This document shows, piece by piece, positions 17,104 to 27,200 of a DNA stretch of 64,000 nt; position 1 is the first letter of the stretch, and the number at the start of each line of letters is the position of its first letter. Under the pieces are notes generated by a model. It made no database searches and had not been told where the DNA came from. It worked only from the letters and a program-made list of their open reading frames with translations. The position numbers were made by a program, and so were the translations under genes. The stretch is from a virus (Duplodnaviria > Caudoviricetes): IMG/VR virus record IMGVR_UViG_3300047672_000041, positions 6,008 to 70,007 of that record. One strand, given 5' to 3'.

Positions 17104-17385
17104 ATGACCACCACCGAGCGCCCGACCACCGACCGCACCGCCGACCGCAGTAAGGACCACGCCGAACAGGGGAACCGGCGGGTGGGGAACGGGCAGCGGG
17201 ACGCGCTGGCCGCGCTGGTCGATCAGTGGTTCGACGCGTGGACGCAGGCCGTCGAGACGCAGCGGGCGTGGTTCCAGTCGAGCCTGGACCTGATGGGGCC
17301 GGTGTACTCGGTGCTGGAGGAGGCGACCGCAGTGGCGCAGTCGGCGACCTCCAGCACCCTCCCCCGGGTGACGCGCCGGGACTGA
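17104..17385 (+). CDS. hypothetical amphipathic protein, antisense to lysis cassette
   Basis: 93-aa ORF filling the gap; coding-like composition. Confidence 0.55.
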   Translation: MTTTERPTTDRTADRSKDHAEQGNRRVGNGQRDALAALVDQWFDAWTQAVETQRAWFQSSLDLMGPVYSVLEEATAVAQSATSSTLPRVTRRD

Positions 17386-17536
17386 TCCGCCCCCCAGCAC
17401 CGAGAGCGCGGCCGGGGAGTGGCGAGGGGACTACTCCCCGGCCGGTCGCATCAGGTGCCCGAGCACGCGGCGGACCCAGCCGAGCCGGGCGCGGGGCCAC
17501 GGGGACCGGTAGTGCGGGCCGGGCCCGTGCCAGGAC

Positions 17537-17812
17537 TTATTCACCCGCTGAGTATGTCCGACGACTGTCCGTGAGCGCGGGCAGGGTGAGGATCTCGCGG
17601 GCGGCCTGGAGCTGGGTGGCGGTCGAGGGGAGCGCCACCCCCAGCTCGGCGCCGTAGAGCAGCTCCCGAGCGACCAGGCTGGCCAGCCCCGGCGGCAGCA
17701 CCCGGGCGGCGCGCCGGGCCGCCTCGCGCAGAGTGATCTCCTCACCCCGGGCGAGGGTGCCGGGGGGCCGACCGGGGTCGGGCTGGTCGAACAGGCCGGG
17801 GCCGCCGTTCAC
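17537..17812 (-). CDS. hypothetical protein
   Basis: GTGA overlap with GH25 stop. Confidence 0.55.
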   Translation of the reverse strand: MNGGPGLFDQPDPGRPPGTLARGEEITLREAARRAARVLPPGLASLVARELLYGAELGVALPSTATQLQAAREILTLPALTDSRRTYSAGE

Positions 17813-18726
17813 AGCTTGGCGACGGTCTCGATGCACACGACCCCGCCGTCGGGCAGGTCGTAGCTCATCTGGACCTGGGTGGTGCCGTCGGGGAGCTGCT
17901 CCCAGAACCGCCCGGACCGGCCGTCGTCGTAGGGGATGTCGGCGTCGGAGTCGGCCAGCGCAGCGGTGTCGGTGGTGAACCGGTAGCGGACGTGGCCGGG
18001 GGCCGGACCGTTGACGGCGGTGGAGATCCAGGCCCGGGCGGTCGCGGCGGACGCCGACCCGACCGGCACGACCAGGGTCAGGCTGCCCGCGCCGGGGGCG
18101 AGGGGCTGGTTGCGGACCTCGTTGTCGGCGACGGCGACGGCGGTGTCGAGCCCGACGATCCGGGCCAGCGGCCACCGCAGCCGGTTGAGGTCGACGTTGC
18201 CGTTCACCCCGGGGACCCGCCCGGTCTGGCTGAACTGGTGGAGGCCCACGCGCGGAGACACGTAGCGGGGGGTGCCGGGCGGGGCGCTGTAGTCGGCGAT
18301 CCACAGCATCACGTCGTCGTCGGCCCACCGCTCGCCGAGCTGGTTGGCGAAAAAGTAGGCGCCGGAGTAGAGCGCGACCCGGCGGTGCCCGATGCGGGTG
18401 CGCAGCTCACCGAGGAACCGCTGCGCGCGGGCGGACTGGTCGCCTGGGCCGTCCTCCAGGTCCAGGGCGGGGGGTAACGCGCCCGGGCCGTAGGCGCGCA
18501 GGGAGGCGACGTGCAGGGCGAACGCGCGGGCGGCGGTGACCGGGTCGGCGGTGGCCGGGAGCCGGTAGTACAGCCCGGTCGCGAGCCCGGCGGCGCGGGC
18601 CCCGCGCAGGTGCTCGGCCGGGTCCTGGTTGGAGGCGTTGATGTAGGCGAACTCGTACCCGGCGGCGGCGACCCGGCGCCAGTCGATCGCCCCCTGCCAG
18701 CGGGACACGTCGAGTCCGTCGGGCAT
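17809..18726 (-). CDS. endolysin 2, GH25 muramidase
   Basis: GLDVSRWQGAIDW, ALDLED, LHQFS motifs. Confidence 0.92.
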   Translation of the reverse strand: MPDGLDVSRWQGAIDWRRVAAAGYEFAYINASNQDPAEHLRGARAAGLATGLYYRLPATADPVTAARAFALHVASLRAYGPGALPPALDLEDGPGDQSARAQRFLGELRTRIGHRRVALYSGAYFFANQLGERWADDDVMLWIADYSAPPGTPRYVSPRVGLHQFSQTGRVPGVNGNVDLNRLRWPLARIVGLDTAVAVADNEVRNQPLAPGAGSLTLVVPVGSASAATARAWISTAVNGPAPGHVRYRFTTDTAALADSDADIPYDDGRSGRFWEQLPDGTTQVQMSYDLPDGGVVCIETVAKL

Positions 18727-18860
18727 CAGGTGCTCCTCCCGGTGATGAGCAGCCAGCAGCGGCGCCACCAGGGGGCGCGCGCGCGGGGGTGGTGCCAGCA
18801 GCCGCAGCTCAGGCAGAACGAATCATGGCAGTGGCAGGAGCAACGGGCGGTGTCGAGCAC
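18726..18860 (-). CDS. 44-aa Cys/His/Trp-rich peptide; not in ORF track
   Basis: GGAGAG RBS, GTG start, TGATG overlap with GH25 start. Confidence 0.55.
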   Translation of the reverse strand: MLDTARCSCHCHDSFCLSCGCWHHPRARAPWWRRCWLLITGRST

Positions 18861-18875
18861 GTACGGATCTCTCTC

Positions 18876-19802
18876 CTACTTGGACACGGTCTCGACGCAC
18901 ACGACCCCGCCCTCGGGGAAGTCGTACTGGACGTTGACCTGGGTGCAGCCGGACGGCGCCTCGTGCCAGAACCGGGTGGACATGCCGTCGTGGAACCCGA
19001 TCTCCCGGGCGAGGTCGGAGATCCCGGTGTCGTCGCCCTGGAACCAGTAGTGCACCGACCCCTTGGTTGGGCCGTTGACCACGGCGCTGACCCAGGCGCG
19101 GGCGACCCCGGAACCGGCCGCGTTGACGGGGACGATCAGGCGCAGGGCTCCGGCGCCCGGGGCGATCTGGAAGTTCTGCACGGGATCGGGCTCCTTCATC
19201 GGTGGCGGGGTCGAGGGCGACAGGGCGCCGCCCCCGGCGAGCTGGCGGGCCATCTCGATCACGCGGGGGATCTGGGCGATGCGCCGCGCGCCCGGGCAGA
19301 CCTTCCCCCGGGCCGACGACCACAGCTCCCCGCCGGACACCCGGACCGGGTCGCAGCCCTGCCGGTGGTAGCCGACGCCGCGCCGGTTCGGGCGGGAGTC
19401 GGGGATCAGCTCGATCGGGATGTTGTAGGCCTGGCAGCAGCGGGCGGTGATCTCGGCGATGGCCCGCATCTGGGCGTCGGTCCACGGCGGGACGTTGTCC
19501 CCGCTGGTGTTCCACTTCCCGAACATCGGCTCGCCGTAGTCGGCCGTCTCGATCGAGATCAGCCGATAGTTGCCGTTGAGGTTGGCCTCGGCCACGAAAT
19601 CGGTGTCCTGCCACTGCCGGACGGTGCCGTCCCCGCCGACCCCGAAGTGGGACTCGGTGCCCCCGTACCCGTTCTGGTGGAACATGGCCGACGTCCCGGC
19701 CAGCGACCCGACCATGGTGTGGTAACAGACGATGTCGTGGCGGGCCATGCGCCCCTGGGTCTGCGGGCCCAACGGGTCCCAGATGCCGTACCGGACTCCC
19801 AT
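18876..19802 (-). CDS. endolysin 1, N-acetylmuramoyl-L-alanine amidase (Amidase_2)
   Basis: CYHT, SHFGV, ISIET, GYH...KVCPG motifs. Confidence 0.92.
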   Translation of the reverse strand: MGVRYGIWDPLGPQTQGRMARHDIVCYHTMVGSLAGTSAMFHQNGYGGTESHFGVGGDGTVRQWQDTDFVAEANLNGNYRLISIETADYGEPMFGKWNTSGDNVPPWTDAQMRAIAEITARCCQAYNIPIELIPDSRPNRRGVGYHRQGCDPVRVSGGELWSSARGKVCPGARRIAQIPRVIEMARQLAGGGALSPSTPPPMKEPDPVQNFQIAPGAGALRLIVPVNAAGSGVARAWVSAVVNGPTKGSVHYWFQGDDTGISDLAREIGFHDGMSTRFWHEAPSGCTQVNVQYDFPEGGVVCVETVSK

Positions 19803-19807
19803 GCGGG

Positions 19808-20179
19808 CTACTCCCCCTCGTCGTGGTGCTCGGCGGACAGCTCGGCGATCCGGGCGTGCGCGGTGACCAGCTCGGCCTCCAGCGCGACGATCCGGCGTTG
19901 CAGCGGAGCGACCAGGGCCGCCGCCGACGCGGAGATCGTGGCGGCGGTCGCGGCGTCGGCCTGGTCCGCCTGGGCGGTGAGCTGGCGGCGCTCCGGCCCG
20001 ACCCGGAACAGCGCGACCGCAGCGGTGAGCACGGCCCCCAACGCGCCCGCGCCCACCACCAGCCCGGCCGGGGTGATCGGCCCGACCAGCACCACGATCA
20101 GGTTGAACACCAGACCCAGGGCGACCGCAGCCAGCAGCGCGAGGTCGAACCAGCGGCGGCGACGCTGCTCGGGGCTCAT
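19808..20179 (-). CDS. lysis-associated membrane protein (2 TM plus coiled coil)
   Basis: Position before endolysin; hydrophobicity. Confidence 0.7.
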   Translation of the reverse strand: MSPEQRRRRWFDLALLAAVALGLVFNLIVVLVGPITPAGLVVGAGALGAVLTAAVALFRVGPERRQLTAQADQADAATAATISASAAALVAPLQRRIVALEAELVTAHARIAELSAEHHDEGE

Positions 20180-20526
20180 CCCGGCGGCGGGGCCACGGTG
20201 TACCCGGCAGCGAGGAGCTGGTTGTAGCGGACCCGGGCCACCGGCCCGCCGCCCAGCAGCTCGATCACCGCGTTGTCCACCTCGGTCTGCGCGTCGGCCT
20301 GACCCAGCGGGGCCACCCGCTCGACCGGGACGTGCACCTGGGAGCCGTCGGCGAGGCGCACCGACACCGACTCGGGGTGGTAGGCGGCGACCCGGCCCCG
20401 GGCCTGCACGGTGGTCAGGTCGGGGCCGAGGACGGACACCCGCTGCTGGTCGTCGGCCCACTGCTGCGCGGCCGACCCGAGGGTGGTGCCGGAGGTGGCG
20501 GTGCCGGTCTTAACGAACTGGGCCAC
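20176..20526 (-). CDS. hypothetical protein
   Basis: Coupled ORF at end of tail module. Confidence 0.6.
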   Translation of the reverse strand: MAQFVKTGTATSGTTLGSAAQQWADDQQRVSVLGPDLTTVQARGRVAAYHPESVSVRLADGSQVHVPVERVAPLGQADAQTEVDNAVIELLGGGPVARVRYNQLLAAGYTVAPPPG

Positions 20527-20541
20527 ACCGCCCCCCTGTCC

Positions 20542-21078
20542 TCAGTAGATGGTGCCGACAGCAGTGACGGAGGAGGATGGGCCGGTGTCGGTGATCGAGA
20601 ACCACAGCGGGTAGTCGCCCGCGCAGTAGGCGCCGTAGGTCAACCCGGCGGTCGGTTCCACCGCCAGGACGACGTCGACGTCGACGGCCGACGCGACCGG
20701 GATCAGCACCTTCTCGATCGTCCCGACCTCGACCACGCCGAACGGCTCCAGCACCTGCGACGCCTTCCCGATGATCGTCCCGTCGACCACGATCCGCAGG
20801 ATCGCCGTCCCGCGCGCGCTGCCGTCGACGTAGAGCCCGACCTGCGAGGCGATCCGGTAGCTGCGGCCCGCCGTCAGCGACACCCGCAACCCCAGCAGGT
20901 TGGTGACGGCCGTGAGCGACGCCTTGGTGGTGGTCGAGGAGACGTAGCCGATCAGCCCGCGCGGCCACGACGTGTCCTGCCCGAGGACGGTCGTCACCCG
21001 GCGGTCCAGCTCGCGCAGCCGGGCCTCGGTGCGCTGCCCGACCGAGACGTCGTCGGTGGTGCGGGCGATCCGTCCCAT
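20542..21078 (-). CDS. minor tail protein
   Basis: Position; beta-rich. Confidence 0.7.
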   Translation of the reverse strand: MGRIARTTDDVSVGQRTEARLRELDRRVTTVLGQDTSWPRGLIGYVSSTTTKASLTAVTNLLGLRVSLTAGRSYRIASQVGLYVDGSARGTAILRIVVDGTIIGKASQVLEPFGVVEVGTIEKVLIPVASAVDVDVVLAVEPTAGLTYGAYCAGDYPLWFSITDTGPSSSVTAVGTIY

Positions 21079-21081
21079 CGG

Positions 21082-22212
21082 CTAGTCCCCTTGGACGATC
21101 AGCGTGGTGGCGGCGGCGTTCTGGGTGACCCCGACCAGGCGCCGGGTCAGCACCCCGTCGTCGAGCCACGGGTGCCCGACGACGTTGATCTGCCCGGTGT
21201 CGCCCAGCGTCCAGGCGTCGCGGTAGCGGGCCCCGTCGGCGGTGGTGGTGGCCAGAGTCAGCCGCTCGGCGGCGGTCCGGTAGGTGGCCAGGTGCGACCG
21301 CACCGACGCGTCGAGCAGGGTCGGGTTGGTCTCGGACACGGTGGTCCGGTCGGCGCGCTCCAGGACCAGCCCGGGCGCGGCCGGGGCGTAGGTGGCGACC
21401 GACAGGATCCGCTGCGGGTTCTCGTCCCCGGCGTACCCGCGCGGGGTGTCGCCGACGGCGTAGGCGGTGGTGACGGTCTCGGACTCGTCGCGGTCCCCGG
21501 ACACCAGCACCGCCGGGTAGTCCCACACCGCGCGCGGGTTGGCCTCGCCCAGCGTCGGCTCCCCGACCGCGACCCCCCAGGACAGCGTGGCGAGGTCGTT
21601 GGTCAGGCCCGGGTCGAACCGGACGTCGGGCCCGGCCTCGCCCTCCACGGTCTCCTTGACCGCCTCGTACGCGGTCCGCAGGTCCAGCCCCTTGTAGACG
21701 ATCGGCTCGTCGGCGGTGAACCCGGACAGGGCGGGCAGGGTCAGCGGCAGGGTGCGGCCGGTCCCGGTGGATCCCCGGGTGAGCAGCGCGATGGCCCGGT
21801 CCCGCTGGGACAGGGCGACCGCGTAGTCGGCCGCCGGGGCGCCCGGGTTGGCCTCGTACCCGGCGGCGCAGATGATCCGCCGGTCGAAGATCCAGGACGG
21901 TCCGGCCGCGCCGATCCGCACCCCGGCCGCGTCCCAGCCGAGCGAGACGACCGGCCCGGCCCACAGCGCGGTCCGCTCGCGCACGATGACCAGGCTGTAG
22001 GTCGACATGCCCAGCCCGATCGAGCGCAGCGAGGTCCGGACCAGCTGCCCGGCCCGGTCCCGCCCGGGCAGCGGCACGGTCACGTCGCAGGTGTCGGCCT
22101 CGGCCCAGGCCAGGTGCGCAGTGAAGCTCCAGTCGGCGACGTCGAGGGCGTCGACCACGGCCCCGGTCGCGGTGACCGCCACCAGCACCTGATAGGTGGG
22201 GTCGGCGGGCAT
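21082..22212 (-). CDS. minor tail / baseplate hub-like protein
   Basis: Second gene after Dit; LWAGPV and DAWTLGD patterns. Confidence 0.75.
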   Translation of the reverse strand: MPADPTYQVLVAVTATGAVVDALDVADWSFTAHLAWAEADTCDVTVPLPGRDRAGQLVRTSLRSIGLGMSTYSLVIVRERTALWAGPVVSLGWDAAGVRIGAAGPSWIFDRRIICAAGYEANPGAPAADYAVALSQRDRAIALLTRGSTGTGRTLPLTLPALSGFTADEPIVYKGLDLRTAYEAVKETVEGEAGPDVRFDPGLTNDLATLSWGVAVGEPTLGEANPRAVWDYPAVLVSGDRDESETVTTAYAVGDTPRGYAGDENPQRILSVATYAPAAPGLVLERADRTTVSETNPTLLDASVRSHLATYRTAAERLTLATTTADGARYRDAWTLGDTGQINVVGHPWLDDGVLTRRLVGVTQNAAATTLIVQGD

Positions 22213-23313
22213 CTACGTGATCTCGATCGTGCCCTGGATGACCAGGATGGCCGGGCGGGGGAAGTCACCCGGGATGGTCGGGAACCCGGACCCGGCGGCG
22301 CCGCCGTTGGACACCATGTAGGTGTGCAGCCCGCAGTTGGCGGAGGACACCGGCATATACAGGTTCATCATCGTCGAGCTGGCCGGGATGTAGCACTTCC
22401 CCAGGAAGATCCCCTGCAGGCCGCCGTTGGCCAAGTGCGCGTTCAGCTTGGCCAGGATCTGGGTCTCCTCGGCCGGGGCGGAGGTGAACCCGGACGGGAG
22501 CCGGGTGCTGACGTCGCCGTTGCCGCCGTTGAACCCGTTGGCCTGGGTGTCGGCCCGGAAGATGTAGCGCAGGTGCATCACCTTGCCCTGCACGATGTAC
22601 CGGCCGATCGCGGTGCCGCCCGTCCCGAGCGGGATCGCCCCGGTCACGGCGGCGAACAGCTGCGGGGTGAACTGGGTCCACGCCGACGGCGCGGCCACCG
22701 GGTCCCAGGCCGGGGTGCCGGTGGTGCGCCAGACGTCGATCTGCCCGTTGCGGAAGCGGCGCATCTCCCCGGAGTAGGTCCCGGCGGTGACGTCGCCGAC
22801 CTCGGCCAGCCGGATCCCGCCGGGCGGGCGGGTGAACCGGTAGCGCTGGGTCGGGGTCTGCGGCGCGGTGTTGGTCACCGTGAGCTGGAACAGGACGGTC
22901 GTGTTGGCCGGGACCGACGGCACCGACGGGGACCCGGCGGCGGTGCCGGTGACCGAGGCGAGCTGGTAGGTGGCGGAGTCGGCCGAGTCGACGATCTGCC
23001 CGACGATCAGGTCGATGCGGGACTGCCCGGCGGTCGGGAGCGGCGTCTGCAGCGGCACGGCCAGCGTGCCGGTGGTGGTGCCGACGTAGGTCCCGCCGGT
23101 GGCCTCGACGATGGCCTGGTGCGCGGTCACGTTGATGTTGGTGCCGGACACCGTCCCGGTCGGCGGGGTCGACGACTCGATCACGCCGCCCTCGGCCAGG
23201 ATCCCCGACCCGGACGCCTTGGCCCACGACGCGCCCAACGCCAGGCGGCCCTCGGCCGAGGTGACGGTCTGGTTGGACAGCCACGGCGAGGTCGTGGAGT
23301 TGACGGTGCCCAT
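22213..23313 (-). CDS. minor tail / receptor-binding protein
   Basis: Position; C-terminal GRYIVQGKVMHLRY fibre-like domain. Confidence 0.75.
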   Translation of the reverse strand: MGTVNSTTSPWLSNQTVTSAEGRLALGASWAKASGSGILAEGGVIESSTPPTGTVSGTNINVTAHQAIVEATGGTYVGTTTGTLAVPLQTPLPTAGQSRIDLIVGQIVDSADSATYQLASVTGTAAGSPSVPSVPANTTVLFQLTVTNTAPQTPTQRYRFTRPPGGIRLAEVGDVTAGTYSGEMRRFRNGQIDVWRTTGTPAWDPVAAPSAWTQFTPQLFAAVTGAIPLGTGGTAIGRYIVQGKVMHLRYIFRADTQANGFNGGNGDVSTRLPSGFTSAPAEETQILAKLNAHLANGGLQGIFLGKCYIPASSTMMNLYMPVSSANCGLHTYMVSNGGAAGSGFPTIPGDFPRPAILVIQGTIEIT

Positions 23314-23323
23314 GGCTACCCTC

Positions 23324-24253
23324 TCAGGCCCAGATGCCGCGCGTGTGCACGGACAGCGCCGCACCCGCGCTCATCGCGCCGGTCATCAGGAACAGGTGGG
23401 ACGCGCCGGACGGCAACGTCGGCCAGCCGCCGGTCACGGCGACCGCGCTGCGGGCCGACCCGGAACCGAGGACGGCCCCGTACGGGGGGATCGGGATCAG
23501 CGCGCCGGGCACGTCGTAGGCCACCCCCGCCGAGCAGTTGATGAAGATGGAGTCGTCGTCGGCCAGCACCCCGGCCACGGTGAGGACCGAGGTCGAGGAG
23601 GTGTCGGCGATCTGCACGCCGCTGGTCGGGCCGGTGATCTCCAGGACGATCGCCGAGCCGAGGCTGCCCAGCCCGGCGGCGGTCACGGCGGCCGGGTCGG
23701 CGGCGGTGCCGGTGGCGATCCCGGACCCGGAGCTGGTGATGCCGCCCGAGGTGACGGTGTCGATACCGCCGGTGCCGACCGCCCCGGCCGCCTGGGTGAC
23801 CGACACCCAGGCCTCGGAGTAGCGGTACGGATCGGACGCGACCAGCGGCACCGACCAGTCCCACAGCAGCGCCCCGCCGTGCCGCTCGCACAGGATCGGC
23901 CCGGTCTGCTCGACGTAGGCCACCAGCGTCCGGTGCGGCGCCCCGACCGCGAGGGGGTACCGCTCCCCCGGCTCGGGGCAGATCGCCACCAGCCGGTCGG
24001 CCGCCTCATAGCCGGTCATCTCGTCCGGCGGCAGCAGCATCCCGGCCAGCTCGATCACGCGGGTGTCGCGGTAGGCGGCCGAGCGCAGCGCCCCGTCGGC
24101 GGTGGCCCGTTCGGTGTGCGCGGTGCGCCGCCCGGCCGCCCCGAACCAGCCGGTGATCTCGGTCAGGATCACCTGGGAGCCGTCGGCGGCGACGTAGCGG
24201 GGCAACCCGTAGGAGGCGGTGAGGGTGTCGAGGGTGACCAGCTGTGCCGCCAT
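23324..24253 (-). CDS. distal tail protein (Dit)
   Basis: Directly after TMP; LVASDPYRYS motif. Confidence 0.8.
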   Translation of the reverse strand: MAAQLVTLDTLTASYGLPRYVAADGSQVILTEITGWFGAAGRRTAHTERATADGALRSAAYRDTRVIELAGMLLPPDEMTGYEAADRLVAICPEPGERYPLAVGAPHRTLVAYVEQTGPILCERHGGALLWDWSVPLVASDPYRYSEAWVSVTQAAGAVGTGGIDTVTSGGITSSGSGIATGTAADPAAVTAAGLGSLGSAIVLEITGPTSGVQIADTSSTSVLTVAGVLADDDSIFINCSAGVAYDVPGALIPIPPYGAVLGSGSARSAVAVTGGWPTLPSGASHLFLMTGAMSAGAALSVHTRGIWA

Positions 24254-24256
24254 CCC

Positions 24257-27200
24257 TCACCCGCTCCGTCGCCGTTGCCAGGACTGCAACCGGTTGGTCT
24301 CGGCCGCCACGAAGGACAGGTCGGCGTGCCCGAGCGGCTCGCGGGCCTGCCACTGCACGACCGTCTGCGGGTGCGCGTCGGCGTCGGCCCGGGCCTGGAT
24401 CAGGGCGGCCCGGACGGCGGCGTTGGCGATGATCGTGACCGTCCCGGCGTCCATGCCCAGCCCGGACGGGGAGGTCGCGGCGGCGACGAGCCGGTTGAAC
24501 GCGGTGGTCTGCCCGGGGGAGAGGACCCGCTCCGGGGAGAGCACCGACTTGCGCATGATCCCGGCGCCGTCGGCCTCCCCGCCGAGGTCGTAGCCGCCGG
24601 GCCGGTTGTAGGCGGCGGCCAGGGATCCGTAGCGGGCCAGGGCGTAGCGCATCGATGCGGTGACGTTGGCCAGCGGGTCCCAGATGTTGTTGACCAGCCC
24701 CGGGTCGCGGTAGGCGGCGAAGGTCGGGTCGATGACCTGCATGAGGCCCTTGGACGGGGTGCCGCGCCGGGCGTTGGCGTCCCAGTTGTTGATCGCGCTC
24801 GGGTTGCCGCCGGACTCCTGTTGCATGCGCCGCAACGTGATCCCGACCAGGGCCTGGGACTGCCCGAGCCGGGACAGGGCCTGGGCGACGACCCCGGACC
24901 AGCGGGTGATCGACCCGCCGGGGCCCTCCATCGCGCCGGACCCGGCGCCCCCGGCGGTGCCGCCGGGCATGAAGTAGTGCTCGTTGAACAGCCCGGAGTT
25001 GGCGCCGAGCGCACCCGCGCCCATGTGCACGCCGACCCCGCCGGAGGACTCGATATTGATCCCGTTCACAGTGGCGGCCATGTGCCCGGGCCCCCCGGCG
25101 ACGCTGCGGACCGACCCGACGGAGATCCCGCCGCCCGACGGGGCCGCGCCGGGGCGCATCCCGGCCCACGGCATCGACCCGGTCGACCCGAGCCGGGAGT
25201 GCGGGTTGCGGCCCTGCATGACGTTGATCGCTGCCGAAACGAGGCCGCTGCAGTCGTATCCTCCGGGGCCGACGGCGCCCCACTGGTAGGGCTTCCCGAC
25301 CTGGGTCCGCACCCACTCCAGGACGGCGCCGCCGCCGCTCTGGATGGCCTGGAGGATGGCCGGGCCCATCGTCTTGGCCAGCCCGTCCTTCATGGTCACG
25401 TGCAGGTTGCTGGCGATGTCGGCGAACGGCTGGACGCCGTCCCGGACCACGCCGCCCTCGCGGAAGGATCCGCTCATGAACCGGGCCGCGCCCCACGTCC
25501 CGCCCTGCCGGGCGGCCCGGTTGATCTCCCGCAGGCCGCGCTCGCCGCCGAGGGCGCGGGTCGCCTCCGGCCGCAGGATCCCCTCCCCCCCGGACAGCGA
25601 CAGCTGCCCGCCGGACGGGGAGTAGAACTGGTGCACGTCGTGGCCGGGGGTGTAGCCCGGCAGCACCGACGACGGCACCGTGCCGCCCCGGGCGCGGCTG
25701 GCGCCGGACCCGCCCCGCGCGAAGTCGGGGTTGATCGTCCAGTTGGTCCCGGCGCCGTCGGTCCAGGTCGCCACGCCGATGCCGGTGACCTTGAAGGTGC
25801 CGTCGGGCAGCGTCGTCACCCGCCGGGACAGCTCGTCCAGCTCCGGGCGCAGCGTCCCGCCGGACTTCTCGGCCAGCCGCTGCATCTCCTCTTTGAACAG
25901 GCGAGTCTTCTCGTCGGCGGTCTTATTCGACCCGGAGATGACGTCGAGCTTCCCGGCGGTCTCGATGTAGGCGTCGCGCAGCGGCCCGGTCTGGTACTCG
26001 GCGTTGCGCAGCAGCTCGGTCCGGAAGGTGCCGGTGACGGTGCCGGTGTTGGAGGTCTTGGTGGCGGCGACGTCGAGCTGGGTCTGCATCTCCTTGAGCG
26101 CACCGGCCGCCGAGGTGTCCCCGTTGAGGGCGGCGACCCCGGCCACCTTGGCCAGCTCGTCCTTGTAGAGCCGGGCCTTCTCCTCGCTCGTCATCGAGGA
26201 GCCCGCGACCTCGTTGATGCGGTCGCGGGCGGTGGCGAGCGCGGTCTGGGTCGGGCCGGACGCGTTCTTGGCCAGCGCGTCCAGGGCGCCGGTGAACAGC
26301 CCGGCGTTGCTGGCGCCGAGGACCGCCGCCGTGTTGGCGCCCCCGGCCGTGGTGGCGTACCCGCGCAACGCCCCGGCGGTCGACGCGTCGCCCTTCCCGG
26401 CCGCCTGGTCGGCCAGGGTGTACAGCGTGTCCCGATAGGCGGTGGCGCCGATCGCGGCGGTGTCGGTGATCCCGGCCGCCTTGGCGTCCGCCTCGGCCTT
26501 GGTCTTGGCCGCCTGCGCCGCCGACACGTTGGCCTGCACCACGTCCAGATGCGCGGACTTCGCCTCGGTCGACGCCTTGCCGTGGTCGCGGACGGCGGCG
26601 GCGGCGGCCTTCTCGGCGTCGGCGATGCGGATGATCGACTGCTGGTAGCCGAGGTCGGCGTTGGCGAACCCGGCGGCGCGCTCGGCCTGCTCGACCATCT
26701 TGTCGGTGTGGGTCTTGGTGGCGGCGGCGGCGTCGCCCTGCGCGGTCTCGACCTCGTCGGTGGCCTTGGCCCAGTCCTTGGCCGCCTGGATGGCCTGCGG
26801 GGACTGGTCGCCGAAGTCGCGGCAGGCGTCGTTGTAGCGGCCCTGGGCCAGCGCGGCGAGCGACTGGGCCCGCTCCAGGGGACCCATCCCGGCGAGCTGC
26901 TCCGTCATCTTCTCGGTGACGTTGCGGCGGGCGTCGGCGTCGGCCCGGGCGACCTTCTCGGCCTCCTTGGACGCCGACAGCCAGGGCGCGTGCGCGAGGG
27001 TCAGCTTCTCCAGCTGGTTCCGCTCGTCGTTGACCGCCTCCTGGAAGGTCTTGGAGCCGTCGAGGACCTGCCCGGCGAACTCGTCGGCCTTGGACCGGAT
27101 CTGGTCGTAGCCGATCCCGATGCCGATCAGGGCGGCGCCGACGATCGGGAGCGCGCCGCCGACCTTGGACAGCGCCCCGGACACCTTCGCCCCGGCCCCG

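Noticed and set aside
20542-23313. Diversity-generating retroelement targeting tail fibres
   Set aside because: No reverse transcriptase and no TR/VR repeat pair seen.
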